From the NCBI GenBank assembly GCA_050179995.1, contig JBFXEP010000002.1, positions 1 through 35,920 of the forward strand: a stretch of DNA of 35,920 nucleotides. Reading direction: 5' to 3'. A program made the position numbers and the translations under genes. The DNA is from Hyphomicrobium sp. Lineage in GTDB: Bacteria; Pseudomonadota; Alphaproteobacteria; Rhizobiales; Hyphomicrobiaceae. The notes below the pieces were generated by a model that had not been told where the DNA came from, did no database searches, and saw only the letters and a list, made by a program, of their open reading frames with translations. This document shows, one piece after another, positions 26,175 through 35,763 of the stretch. Position 1 is the stretch's first letter. Every line of letters begins with the position of its first letter.

Positions 26175-27812
26175 ATGACCTCGGAAAAGCGCGTCAAGCA
26201 CCTGCGCCAAGTCCTTCTCTGGCCCGTCTATCTCCTGCCCCTCGACGAGGGCGCGCCGATGCAGGACCATTGGGAGCAGCTGGAGAAGCCCAGCCCCGGC
26301 AATCCCTGGCGGGAGATCGACGACGAGTTCGGCGACCCCTGCGAGTTCCAGGCGCGCCACTACAACGAGTTCGTGAGCTTCCTGCCGCCGGTGCAGCGCT
26401 TCCTCTACGGGCAGGGGCTCGGCCGCTCAGTGAGCAAGGTCTACGGCGAAAGCCCGATCCGGGTCATGCGTCGGTCGGACGTGACGGGCGCGCGCGTGGT
26501 CCTCAACGAGGGCGACGCGCCGGTCATGCTCAAGATCGCGCACGTCGACCTCTATTTCTTCTTCGACATCGACATTGCGCTCTTGGCCGTCGAGGTGTGC
26601 GCCGACGACATCGCCTTCGAGACGGCGCAAAGCCTGATGTTCCGCTTCGGGCGCGCCTACCCGGCCTACTGGGAGGAGGACGGACGCGGCGGCCATTGCC
26701 CGTGGAAGGTCGAGTGGCTCGGGGCCGATGGGGGCGTACTCGCGGCCTCCGACTACGAGAACCGCGAAAAGTTCCTGTCGTTCGTCTGCCGCCACCGGGC
26801 GCCGACCACGGCCGCGCACTGGGACTTCCTCCTGTCGCCGCTGGTGCTGCACCACACCGACGTGAAGGGGCCGGTGCGCTACCGGCAGCTCGAGTACTAC
26901 CGCATGCCGTACATGGCCTATCTGGCGGTGGAGCGGGCCGAGACGCTGTCGCGGGCGGATTCCATCCGGCTCGCGCTCGGCAACGAGGCGGGCGAAGGGG
27001 CGCTGCCCTATTCGGACGCCTACCTTTCCGATTTCGAGACGCGCTACTGCTACGACCGCAATTTCACGGCCGGTGTCGGACAGGGCTCCGGCAATGTGCG
27101 CTTCCATGCCTCGGGGGATACGCTGGTCGTCACCGGGGATGCGTCGGACAGGTTCTACGTCGACCTCGAGAACGGGGTGCTGTCGCGGTTCCGCCATCAG
27201 CACTTCCTGATGTTCCTCATCGCGCACTTCCAGCGCGCGGCGCTGCTCATGTTCTCGGACCGGCTGGTGGCGGCCGTGAGCCGGCTCGAGATCACCAACG
27301 CCAAGGCCAACCGCATCTTCCGCCGGGAAATCCGCAACGCGCACGAGAACTTCCTGCGCTTCGCGCATCGCTACTGGTTCCACAACATCTCGCACCAGGC
27401 GCAGATCCACGAGCTGTTCGACATGACGCGCCGGCACCTCAAGCTCGACGACCTGTACGACGAGGTACGCGAGGAGCTGCAGGACATGGGCAACTTCCTC
27501 GAGGTCGAGGCGACGCGGAAGCAGAACGAGACCGTGGTCCGCCTCACCGTGGTGACGACGTTCGGCCTCGTCGGCACGGTGACCACCGGCTTCATCGGCA
27601 TGAACCTCTTCGACTGGACGCAGGAGCCAACTTGGTGGCGCGTGGCGGCGTTCTTGGCCGTCTTCGTGCCGACGGCGTTCCTCACCCTGTATACGGTGGT
27701 CAAGTCGCGGCGGCTGTCGGAATTCCTCGATGCGCTCTCGGACGAGAGCGTGACCTGGGGACGGCGCTGGCGTGCACTGATGCGCGTGTGGTTCGGCAAG
27801 TCCTCGATGTGA
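26175..27812 (+). CDS. CorA-superfamily membrane protein with large N-terminal soluble domain
   Basis: C-terminal LTVVTT..GFIGMNLF (GMN signature) and two TM helices after a long stalk helix. Confidence 0.8.
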   Translation: MTSEKRVKHLRQVLLWPVYLLPLDEGAPMQDHWEQLEKPSPGNPWREIDDEFGDPCEFQARHYNEFVSFLPPVQRFLYGQGLGRSVSKVYGESPIRVMRRSDVTGARVVLNEGDAPVMLKIAHVDLYFFFDIDIALLAVEVCADDIAFETAQSLMFRFGRAYPAYWEEDGRGGHCPWKVEWLGADGGVLAASDYENREKFLSFVCRHRAPTTAAHWDFLLSPLVLHHTDVKGPVRYRQLEYYRMPYMAYLAVERAETLSRADSIRLALGNEAGEGALPYSDAYLSDFETRYCYDRNFTAGVGQGSGNVRFHASGDTLVVTGDASDRFYVDLENGVLSRFRHQHFLMFLIAHFQRAALLMFSDRLVAAVSRLEITNAKANRIFRREIRNAHENFLRFAHRYWFHNISHQAQIHELFDMTRRHLKLDDLYDEVREELQDMGNFLEVEATRKQNETVVRLTVVTTFGLVGTVTTGFIGMNLFDWTQEPTWWRVAAFLAVFVPTAFLTLYTVVKSRRLSEFLDALSDESVTWGRRWRALMRVWFGKSSM

Positions 27813-27914
27813 GGGCGGCTAGGTTTTGTCTTGTCGTGCTTCTTGTCGGACTTTTGGTTGCATGGCGCTGCGGTCGGTCGCTACGCTAAACCGCTGCCGG
27901 TGCACTTCCGTCTG

Positions 27915-28046
27915 GCTGGCGTGGGTCCCGGCCTGCGCCGGGATGACGTCAGGAGGGGGGCGAACGGCTTCCGCTACAACCACCGTCATGCCGGCGTCAT
28001 GGCGGAGCCATGCTTCGCATGGATGGCCGGCACCCACGCAAGTCTC
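27915..28046. repeat. Uninterrupted REP doublet, same family as the IME target
   Basis: GCTGGCGTGGGTCCCGGCCTGCGCCGGGATGAC, 37-nt spacer, inverted GTCATGCCGGC...GCCGGCACCCACGCAAGTCTC; lies between convergent genes. Confidence 0.85.
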
Positions 28047-28099
28047 AACGTGCGAGCGGATGCCTGGGTGCGGATACGCGTCAGCGAGGGTCGCTTGGC

Positions 28100-29386
28100 C
28101 TAGCTCGTCGGGGCGTCGAGCTTGCGGGTCAGGTTCTCGAACTCGCGGCGCAGCTCCTCGTTCTTGAAGATCTGCTCGAAGGTCGGCGCCTCTAGCTTCT
28201 GGATGGCCTCGAACGAGGTCGCGCTGTCGCGCATCAGGTTGCGGAGCTCGAGGCTCGCCTCCACCGTGTCGAAGGTGTTGTCGGCGATGCGCAGATCGTG
28301 CGTCGCACGCGTGCGGGCGGCGGCTATCTGCTCGCGCTGCTGGGCCAGATAGCGGCGATAGCCCCGGGCCGCCTCCTCGGCGAGCTTCTGGCTGTCGCGG
28401 TTGGCCTCGAGCGCGCGCTGCTGGTCGGGCCGGTTCTCGGCGCGCATCAGCTCGATGGTCTTGGCCTTGGCCGCCGCCAGATCCTTGAGGATGGCGTCGA
28501 GCTTCGGCATGTACTGCGTGTCGATCTTTCTGATCGTCGCGTCCTGCGCATGCACGAGCAGCGCGAAGAGGGCTGCGTGCATGGCGAAGTACTTGCGTGC
28601 GGCGCCCGGGTTCTCGGCGGTGGCCGTCATCAGCTTCGCCAGCTGCCCGTCGATGAGCTTGGCGGCGTGGAACGTCGCGACGAGACGCACGAGGTCGCCC
28701 GACAGCACGCCGTCGAGCAGGAGCTCGAGCTGGTCGGGGGCGAGGTCGACGCCAGACTTGATGAGGGCGTCGGCGATCTCCGCCTTGGCGGCCTTGATCC
28801 CCGCCTCATTCTCCGCAATCCGCGCCTTGTGATCCCTGATCTTGTCGGCGAGGCTGGCGACCGTGTCGGTCAGCACGCCGGGCAGCATGGCGTCCGTGGG
28901 TGCGGTGAGCTGCTTCTCCTTCAGGGTGACGATGCCGGCCTCGAGGTCGCGGATGTTGCGCCGGTGCGCCTCGATGCGCTTCTGCACCTCGACCACGGGC
29001 GCATCGGTGACGATGGCCAGCGTGGCGTCGAGCAACTGGCGGACGCGGTTCTCGCGATCCTCGCGGGTCTCGGTCCAGAGCGGCGTGACCAGAAACTCGT
29101 CCTTGGCGGGCAGCTTCTTGGCCTCGGCGCGCTCCTCGGCAACGTCGCTCAGGACGTCGTCGATGGCGCGCATGAGGGTGCGGGCCTGCTCGTAGGAGGG
29201 ATCGCCCTCGCGCGGATCGGCGGGCTCTGCGGGCGGCTGGGTGGCGGCCTCGCCTGAGCGGAGGAACTCGCCGAGGCGGTCCTCGGCTGGCTCTGCACGG
29301 GCCACGCTCGACGTGGCGAGCGCGATGGCGAAGGCGGCGATGGAAAGGCGCTTTAAGCGATCAGCGCGGGATTTGGGTGTGGTCAC
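28100..29386 (-). CDS. Exported coiled-coil hypothetical protein (428 aa)
   Basis: GAGGAGG RBS, signal peptide ending ARA, long heptad helices, core-genome codon usage. Confidence 0.85.
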   Translation of the reverse strand: MTTPKSRADRLKRLSIAAFAIALATSSVARAEPAEDRLGEFLRSGEAATQPPAEPADPREGDPSYEQARTLMRAIDDVLSDVAEERAEAKKLPAKDEFLVTPLWTETREDRENRVRQLLDATLAIVTDAPVVEVQKRIEAHRRNIRDLEAGIVTLKEKQLTAPTDAMLPGVLTDTVASLADKIRDHKARIAENEAGIKAAKAEIADALIKSGVDLAPDQLELLLDGVLSGDLVRLVATFHAAKLIDGQLAKLMTATAENPGAARKYFAMHAALFALLVHAQDATIRKIDTQYMPKLDAILKDLAAAKAKTIELMRAENRPDQQRALEANRDSQKLAEEAARGYRRYLAQQREQIAAARTRATHDLRIADNTFDTVEASLELRNLMRDSATSFEAIQKLEAPTFEQIFKNEELRREFENLTRKLDAPTS

Positions 29387-29472
29387 GGTCGCCTCCTCGG
29401 GCGGCCCCGATCAAGCCCTGGAATTCAGGCAAATCGATGTTGGCGTGCGTGCGGCGCGTGCCTAGCAGGGAG

Positions 29473-30195
29473 CTAAGTGCCCGCAGCGGCTTGTGCAATG
29501 GAGGCGAGGAGGGGTGGCGTCACCTGGCGGGCGTCGGTGAGCACGGCCATGTGCGTCATCGCCGGCGCACCGCGCAGGCCTGCGAGCTTGGCGGGTGCGA
29601 GCGTGGCGTCGCGGGGCGGGCCAGCGAGCGCGAGGGCGAGGCGGAGCTCCTTGGCGGAAACGACGAGGAGCGCGAAGTCGGCGGCGTTGCGACGGAAGGC
29701 GACATGGCCGTCGTGGGCCGTCACGGCTGCGTCGGGCACCTGCTTTCTGATCTCGGCGATGATGAAGACGGCGAGCGGCCGGTAGGCCTTGGCGCGCGCG
29801 AGCAGCGCGTCGAGGCCGGCCTGGTCCGCTATGGGTGCCGTTGCGACGGGCGCGGGCGGCGGAGCCGGCGCAGGTGCGCTCACCGGCGGATGTGCGCTGG
29901 CGGGCGGCGGCATTGTGGGGCGCGGACGCGGCGCGGCGCGGCGCGGGCGGGGAGCGGGCCGTGCACCCGCGGCCGCATCGCCGTAGATGGGCTTGCCGCC
30001 GTTGTTGTGGATGCGCTCGAGCCAGGAGGCCTTCGACCACATGAACCCCTGGCGGCGCAGCCAGTCGATGATGTCGTTCCTGTGCGTCAGGCCCTGGGCG
30101 GCAATGGCGGCCATCCATTCGTCGAGCGCGCGGCCGCTGTCGGCCTTCAAGGTGGCGAGGAACTGCCGCTCCATGTCGCCGTAGTCGATGCTCAC
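29473..30195 (-). CDS. DUF4287-like N-domain, Pro/Ala linker, DUF5655-like C-domain protein
   Basis: LKADSGRALDEW..HRNDIIDWLR; C-terminal MTHMAVLTDARQVT; GTG start behind AAGGAGA. Confidence 0.7.
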   Translation of the reverse strand: MSIDYGDMERQFLATLKADSGRALDEWMAAIAAQGLTHRNDIIDWLRRQGFMWSKASWLERIHNNGGKPIYGDAAAGARPAPRPRRAAPRPRPTMPPPASAHPPVSAPAPAPPPAPVATAPIADQAGLDALLARAKAYRPLAVFIIAEIRKQVPDAAVTAHDGHVAFRRNAADFALLVVSAKELRLALALAGPPRDATLAPAKLAGLRGAPAMTHMAVLTDARQVTPPLLASIAQAAAGT

Positions 30196-30223
30196 GGCGC
30201 GCTCTCCTTGCCGCTCCGCATCG

Positions 30224-30709
30224 TCAAATCCACCGGCGTGTCCTGGCCTTGTAGGCGCGGTAGGCGTCGCCGAAACGCGCTTCGAGATGGCGCTCCTCGG
30301 GCAGCACAGCGAGCCACGACACGAGCGGCACATAGGCGACGGCGGCGACGGCGAACCAGATGTTGTGCGTGACCTCGGCGATGCCGAGCAGGATCAGCAC
30401 GTGGGCGACGTAGATCGGGTTGCGGCGGAAGCGGAAGGGGCCGTCGGTGACGAGCACGTCGGCGGCCTTGTCGGGCAGGATCGTGGTGTTGTGGCGCCGC
30501 AGCGTCCAAGCCGCCCACGCGAAGAGCGCGAGGCCGGCGAGCCCGAGGCCAAGGCCCGCCACATGCGCCATGGTGTCGTCCTCGCCCGGCCAGGCGAGCG
30601 GGGCGACGATGCCGAGCCCGACTGCCGCCGCCACGAGGGCTGCGAGCAGGATCGGCGGCCAAGGCCATGCCGTGGGCGGCGCGGCGGGATTCGGCGTGTC
30701 ATCATTCAT
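30224..30709 (-). CDS. Isoprenylcysteine carboxylmethyltransferase/PEMT-family membrane protein
   Basis: LVTDGPFRFRRNPIY, PEERHLEARFGDAYRAYKARTRRWI. Confidence 0.92.
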   Translation of the reverse strand: MNDDTPNPAAPPTAWPWPPILLAALVAAAVGLGIVAPLAWPGEDDTMAHVAGLGLGLAGLALFAWAAWTLRRHNTTILPDKAADVLVTDGPFRFRRNPIYVAHVLILLGIAEVTHNIWFAVAAVAYVPLVSWLAVLPEERHLEARFGDAYRAYKARTRRWI

Positions 30710-30874
30710 GAGCCGATCATCGCAGGGATTCGTGGTCCGCGTTAAGCCTTCGGGCAAAATTCAGATCGCCCGCAGTCACACTTTTATCCGCAATCGGCAT
30801 TAGAGCGTGGCGCGGGCCACCCCGGCCGCCCAAGCTGGGCGCATTTTCCGGCCCGGCTCTCAAAGAGGTCAGTC

Positions 30875-31183
30875 ATGTCTCCCAAATCATTGCTTGCACT
30901 CGCCGGCCTCGCTCTCGCCGCCAGCGCCGGCCTTGCGGCTCCGCTCGCCACGGACGCTGATGCCGCCACCTACGGCTGCTTCAAGGTCACGGCCGCCCAT
31001 CTCAACATCCGCGCCCGGCCGTACAGCACCGCGGACGTCATCGGCGTCGCACGTCGCGGCGACATCCTGGAGAAGCGCTATCTCTTCTGCACGCCGCGCG
31101 GCTTCTGGTGCGCGGTGCGCAAGGGCTCGCTCGAGGGCTACGCGGACAAGTCCAACATGCGCAAGGTCTCGTGCCCGCAGTAG
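30875..31183 (+). CDS. Exported bacterial SH3-domain protein
   Basis: Signal peptide; LNIRARPYSTADVIG..RGD..WCAV..EGY. Confidence 0.85.
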   Translation: MSPKSLLALAGLALAASAGLAAPLATDADAATYGCFKVTAAHLNIRARPYSTADVIGVARRGDILEKRYLFCTPRGFWCAVRKGSLEGYADKSNMRKVSCPQ

Positions 31184-31212
31184 GCCGCGCCTCATCTGCG
31201 CCGGGCTAGCGC

Positions 31213-32016
31213 ATGCCCTACGCGCTCTCGAAGATTTTGGGGCTCATGGCGCAGCCGTCGTCGGTTGCTGTGCTCGCCCTGCTTGGCGGGCTGGTCATGA
31301 TGCGGCACGGCGCGGCGAGCCGGCGCGCGCGGAGCCTCGCGTGGGCTGGGGTGCTGGTCCTGCTGGCGGGCGGCTTCACGCCGCTCGGCAACTTTCTCGT
31401 GCTGCCGCTCGAAGAGCGCTTCGCCGGCGTCCCGGCGCCCGCGCCGGGTGAGCGGGTCGACGGCATCATCCTGCTCGGCGGGTTCGAGGATGGCTGGGTG
31501 TCGGCGGGGCGCGGCGGGCTAGGCCTCAACGAGGCGGCCGAGCGGGTGACGGAAGGCCTGCGTTTCGCGCTTCGCCATCCGCAGGCGAAGGTCGTGTTCA
31601 CGGGCGGTGTCGGCGGGCTCATGGCGCGCAACGTGGAGGCGACAGGCCCCGTTGCCGACTTTCTTGCCGAGGCCGGCGTCGCGCGGGAGCGGGTGATCCT
31701 CGAAGGCCGGTCGCGCAACACCTACGAGAACGCGCTCTTCACGCGCGACCTGGTGCGCCCCGCCGCAGGCGAGCGGTGGTATCTCGTCACCAGTGCCTCC
31801 CACATGCCGCGCGCGGTCGGGCTGTTCCGCAAGGCGGGCTTCGACGTCATCGCCTATCCGGTCGACTACCGGATGCGCGGGGCCGAGGATCTCTTGCGCT
31901 TCTTCGAGCGCATCCCGCAGGGGCTCCAGCGCCTCGACCTCGGGGTCAACGAATGGCTGGGGCTCATCGCCTCCCGCGTGCTCGGCCGCACCGATACGCT
32001 GTTCCCGGCGCCTTAG
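31213..32016 (+). CDS. YdcF/DUF218 (ElyC-like) family protein
   Basis: Two N-terminal TMs, IILLGG, FTGG, EGRSRNTYENA, LVTSASHMPRA. Confidence 0.93.
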   Translation: MPYALSKILGLMAQPSSVAVLALLGGLVMMRHGAASRRARSLAWAGVLVLLAGGFTPLGNFLVLPLEERFAGVPAPAPGERVDGIILLGGFEDGWVSAGRGGLGLNEAAERVTEGLRFALRHPQAKVVFTGGVGGLMARNVEATGPVADFLAEAGVARERVILEGRSRNTYENALFTRDLVRPAAGERWYLVTSASHMPRAVGLFRKAGFDVIAYPVDYRMRGAEDLLRFFERIPQGLQRLDLGVNEWLGLIASRVLGRTDTLFPAP

Positions 32017-32018
32017 GT

Positions 32019-32471
32019 CTAGGAGCGGTTGACCTTGCGCGTGCGGGGCGGGTCCTTGGCGCCGGGAGCGAGCTCGGCGTCGAGATCGAAGTTGGCGCAG
32101 TTCTTCTCGGCCAGGCGCGCGTTGTAGGCGGTGAGCTGGGCGCGGTCGCGGGCATAGCGGCCCTCGGGATCGCTGCCTTCGCCGGAGCCGCCGAAGGCGG
32201 GCTTCGACGCCGATTGAATGCCGCGCGACAGCGACGTCGTCTGCGCACGGGACTGGAAATCGCGAATCTGGACAATGCGCACCGCCATGCGGCCGGTGAG
32301 CTTCCTGCAATCGAGCGCCAGCTCCTCCGGCGAGAGGGCATAGGCGCCGCTCGACGGCAGCCTGGCCACGGTCTCGGCGACGGGGCCTCCCGGCGGCGCG
32401 ATCATGCCGCTCTGCGACGCACATGCGCTCATGGCCAGCGACGCCAGCCCGGCCCATCCGTATGCTCGCAT
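32019..32471 (-). CDS. Hypothetical lipoprotein
   Basis: Lipobox-like AMSAC after a hydrophobic stretch; start could also be 32483. Confidence 0.75.
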   Translation of the reverse strand: MRAYGWAGLASLAMSACASQSGMIAPPGGPVAETVARLPSSGAYALSPEELALDCRKLTGRMAVRIVQIRDFQSRAQTTSLSRGIQSASKPAFGGSGEGSDPEGRYARDRAQLTAYNARLAEKNCANFDLDAELAPGAKDPPRTRKVNRS

Positions 32472-32706
32472 CCGAATCCACATGGAGAACCGAATACCTC
32501 CGATTTCCAGAAGTTTGGAGGCCTTTGTGGCCATTCACAAAATTGTCGCGGCAAAAGGCGGCGCGACCATGGCCCAGATGCAACGCTGGCAAGGCAAGCG
32601 CGGCGTCCGGCCTGTTGACCCCGATCCGTCCGCCGGGCTACGCCTCGCTCTGGCATTGGCCTCGCCGCCCGCCTCGATTGCGCGCGGCCGTTCTCGGGGG
32701 ACGCCC

Positions 32707-33147
32707 ATGAAGCTCGGATCGACGGTTTCCCGGACGCTCGGCGCCGTCGCCGGGTTCCTCTCTATTTCACTCGCCGCCGCCGCGGACGACAACCCGAAGA
32801 ACCTCTCCTGCTCTTTCGCGGACGGTGCGTCGTGGAGCTACGACGCCGGTGCCTTCCATTCGAAGCCGCCCGCCCCGCTCGCGTTCACGATCGAGAACAT
32901 CGATCTCGAGAAGCAGACGGCGACGCTCAAGGCGGCACCGGGTGCGGTGGCCGGCAAGGTCAGCGTGGTGCGCGCCATCAACGCCAACCACTTCCTCGAG
33001 GTGGTCAACGAGGGCTTCCTCAACCTGACGACGGTCTACGACAAGGACGAGACGACCGGGAAGCATCCGGCCGTGCACTCGCGCCATCTCGGTATCGTCG
33101 GCAGCCCCGTGTTCGGCCAGTACACCGGGTTCTGCAGCGACGAGTGA
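32707..33147 (+). CDS. Exported beta-rich hypothetical protein
   Basis: Signal peptide ending AAAA; terminal Cys pair (LSCSF / GFCS); strong GC3 codon bias. Confidence 0.8.
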   Translation: MKLGSTVSRTLGAVAGFLSISLAAAADDNPKNLSCSFADGASWSYDAGAFHSKPPAPLAFTIENIDLEKQTATLKAAPGAVAGKVSVVRAINANHFLEVVNEGFLNLTTVYDKDETTGKHPAVHSRHLGIVGSPVFGQYTGFCSDE

Positions 33148-33159
33148 GCGCGCCTCCGC

Positions 33160-33597
33160 ATGGCCCTCCACATCATCAAGCTCTGCGTCGGCGTCGCCTC
33201 GATCGAGGAGCTCAAGACGTGGCAGGACCAGCGCGTCGGCGAGCAGAAGGCGTGCAAGGAGAAGCCGCGCATCTTTCATACGACGCTGCAGACGCCGAAG
33301 CGGCAGGCCGAGATCCTGGACGGCGGCTCGCTCTACTGGGTGATCAAGGGCATGGTGCAGGTGCGCCAGAGGATCACCGGCTTCGAGGAGGGCACGAAAG
33401 ACGACGGCTCGCCGTGCTGCCTCATCATGCTCGATCGCAAGCTGGTCGCGGTGCGACCGGTGCCGCGGCGGGCGTTCCAGGGCTGGCGCTACCTTGCCGG
33501 CGACGACGCGCCGGACGACCTCGGTCGCGGCAGTGCCGATCTCGGCGCGCTGCCGGCCGACATGCGGCGTGCGCTGCTCGAGCTCGGATTGATCTAG
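33160..33597 (+). CDS. DUF1489 family protein
   Basis: MALHIIKLCVG, GGSLYWVIKG, RRAFQGWRYL, LLELGL. Confidence 0.92.
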   Translation: MALHIIKLCVGVASIEELKTWQDQRVGEQKACKEKPRIFHTTLQTPKRQAEILDGGSLYWVIKGMVQVRQRITGFEEGTKDDGSPCCLIMLDRKLVAVRPVPRRAFQGWRYLAGDDAPDDLGRGSADLGALPADMRRALLELGLI

Positions 33598-33605
33598 GCT
33601 GCGTG

Positions 33606-34730
33606 ATGGGGAAGAAGCCGCCGCTGACGCGCATCATCCGGGAGCTTCCCAAGCTCGTGCCGTTCGTCGGGCCCGAGGCGCAGGAGCGGGCGCGCGGGCG
33701 GCCGTTCGCGGCCCGCCTCGGCGCCAACGAAAGCCTGTTCGGGCCGAGCCCGGCCGCCGTGCGGGCGATGGAAGAGGCGTGCGGCGAAAGCTGGAAGTAC
33801 TCGGACCCGGAAAGCCACGACCTCCGGGTGGCGCTGGCACGGCATCACGACGTAGCGCCCGAGAACGTCGTCATCGGCGAGGGCATCGACGGGCTCCTGG
33901 GGCTTGCGGTGCGCGCCGTGGCCGAGCCGGGCGACGTCATCGTCACCTCGGACGGCGCCTATCCGACCTTCAACTTCCATGTGGCGGCGCAGGGCGCGAC
34001 GCTGGTCAAGGTGCCGTACAAGGCCGACCGCGAGGATCTCGACGAACTGCTCGAGGCGACGCGCGAGAAGAGAGCGGTGGCGCTCTACGTCTCCAATCCC
34101 GACAACCCGATGGGCTCCTGGTGGGGGGCGGACGATCTCGCCCGTCTCTGCGCCGGGCTGCCCGATGGCGTGCTGCTCCTGCTCGACGAGGCGTACTGCG
34201 ACACGGCGCCCGCCGGCGCCATCCCGCCGGTCGATGTCGCCAATCCGCAGGTGCTGCGGCTCAGGACGTTCTCGAAGGCCTACGGCCTCGCCGGGGCGCG
34301 CATCGGCTACGCGCTGGGGGATGGAGACCTCGTCAGCGTCTTCGAAAAAGTAAGAAACCATTACGGTATCAATCGCGTCGGGCAGATCGGGGCCCTAGCG
34401 GCTTTGCATGACCAATCCTATCTAACCGAGGCGGTTCGGAAAATCGGCCGTGCACGCGAGCGGATCGCAAGCATCGCACGCAGGCATGGGCTCATTCCCC
34501 TGCCGTCGGGCGCCAATTTCGTCACCATCGATTGCGGCCATGACGGCGCATTCGCGCGCTCTGTGCTCGATGAAATCCTCTCGCGCGACGTGTTCGCGCG
34601 GAAGCCCGCCGTGGCGCCGCTCGACCGCTGCATTCGCATCTCGTGCGGGCGCGACGAGGACTTGGACGTGCTCGAGGCCGCGCTGCCCGAGGCTCTTGCG
34701 GCAGCGCGGCGAGCGCACAGATTTTGTTGA
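33606..34730 (+). CDS. PLP-dependent aminotransferase class I/II (HisC-like)
   Basis: LGANES, NPDNPMG, LDEAY, RTFSKAYGLAGARIGY; start moved to ATG 33606. Confidence 0.92.
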   Translation: MGKKPPLTRIIRELPKLVPFVGPEAQERARGRPFAARLGANESLFGPSPAAVRAMEEACGESWKYSDPESHDLRVALARHHDVAPENVVIGEGIDGLLGLAVRAVAEPGDVIVTSDGAYPTFNFHVAAQGATLVKVPYKADREDLDELLEATREKRAVALYVSNPDNPMGSWWGADDLARLCAGLPDGVLLLLDEAYCDTAPAGAIPPVDVANPQVLRLRTFSKAYGLAGARIGYALGDGDLVSVFEKVRNHYGINRVGQIGALAALHDQSYLTEAVRKIGRARERIASIARRHGLIPLPSGANFVTIDCGHDGAFARSVLDEILSRDVFARKPAVAPLDRCIRISCGRDEDLDVLEAALPEALAAARRAHRFC

Positions 34731-34817
34731 GCCGCGCGCGGTCCGGGAAACGGGTTCGCGCGTATAATGTGGAGAATCGCCCGGCGTAGGCCGGCGCAGA
34801 ACACATAGGGGAGACTG

Positions 34818-35216
34818 ATGCAGTACGCCGCACGGAGCCTGTTTCTCTCTTTGAGCCTTGGCGCGGTTCTGGTCGCGTCGGGCGCTGCCAACGCCACCTC
34901 GGCCGATCTTTCCGGCTCGTGGAAGGGCGGGGGCACAGTGACGTTCAGTGGTGGCGCCACCGAGCGCGCGCGCTGCCGCGCCACCTTCAGCCCGAGCGGC
35001 AAGTCCGCCTACGACGTGAGCGCGACCTGCGCCACGCAGTCGGGCACGGTTTCGCAGACCGCCTTCATCCGCGGCTCGGGCAGCACGTACCGGGGCACGT
35101 TCTACAATCCGGAGTTCGACGCTTCGGGCAAGATCCAGATCTCGGTCAGCGGGCGGAGCCAGACCGTGCGGCTCACCAGCAGCAAGGGCTCGGCCGTCAT
35201 CAAGCTGTCGCGCTAG
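34818..35216 (+). CDS. Exported hypothetical protein (small beta-barrel-like)
   Basis: GGGGAG RBS, signal peptide, LSGSWKGGG..ERARCRA..CA. Confidence 0.85.
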   Translation: MQYAARSLFLSLSLGAVLVASGAANATSADLSGSWKGGGTVTFSGGATERARCRATFSPSGKSAYDVSATCATQSGTVSQTAFIRGSGSTYRGTFYNPEFDASGKIQISVSGRSQTVRLTSSKGSAVIKLSR

Positions 35217-35239
35217 TCTCAGGGCCTGCCAACGCTATG

Positions 35240-35270
35240 AAGCGCCCTCTTTCGAAGAGGGCGCTTTTTT
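35240..35270 (+). terminator. Rho-independent terminator
   Basis: AAGCGCCCTCTT-TCG-AAGAGGGCGCTT stem followed by a T-run, between convergent genes. Confidence 0.9.
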
Positions 35271-35277
35271 GTACCTG

Positions 35278-35763
35278 CTACTTGCCGGGTCCCAGGAACA
35301 GCAGCTCGAAGGAGCCGGCACCCGGGCCTTTCTTGGCGGGCTTGGCGGCCGCCTCGCGCTTGCGATAGACGCGCGCGGGCTTGGCGGCGGGAGCCTCCTC
35401 GGCTGCCGGCGCCGGCGCAGCGGAGGCCTCGGCGTCGGTCACCGGGTTCTGAGGCACAAGGCCCTGCGAAGGCGGCGTGGCATCCGCCGTCACGAGCGAG
35501 CCGCCGTCGGTCTCGAGCGTGTCGGTTTGCGAAAGAAGGCGGGAATAGCCCCAGGGGCCCGTCACGGCGCAGTCGTTGCTGCAATCCTGCTTCACATCGA
35601 CCGATCCGCCGGCCGGGATCTGATAGACGGCCTCGTCGGTGCCGTTGTCGACGCCGATCGACACGTCGCTCGAGGACGTGTTCTTGATGGTCAGGGCCCC
35701 GACCGGAATGGCCGCGAGCGAGAGGACGGCGAAGGCCGTCACGGCGCGCGTCATCAGGGTCAT
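35278..35763 (-). CDS. Exported hypothetical protein with Ala/Pro-rich tail
   Basis: AGGAGA RBS, signal peptide, small CxxxC beta domain. Confidence 0.8.
   Translation of the reverse strand: MTLMTRAVTAFAVLSLAAIPVGALTIKNTSSSDVSIGVDNGTDEAVYQIPAGGSVDVKQDCSNDCAVTGPWGYSRLLSQTDTLETDGGSLVTADATPPSQGLVPQNPVTDAEASAAPAPAAEEAPAAKPARVYRKREAAAKPAKKGPGAGSFELLFLGPGK

Noticed and set aside
32832-33605. N-terminal extension making a 632-aa aminotransferase
   Set aside because: It overlaps two good genes in other frames; the real start is ATG 33606.
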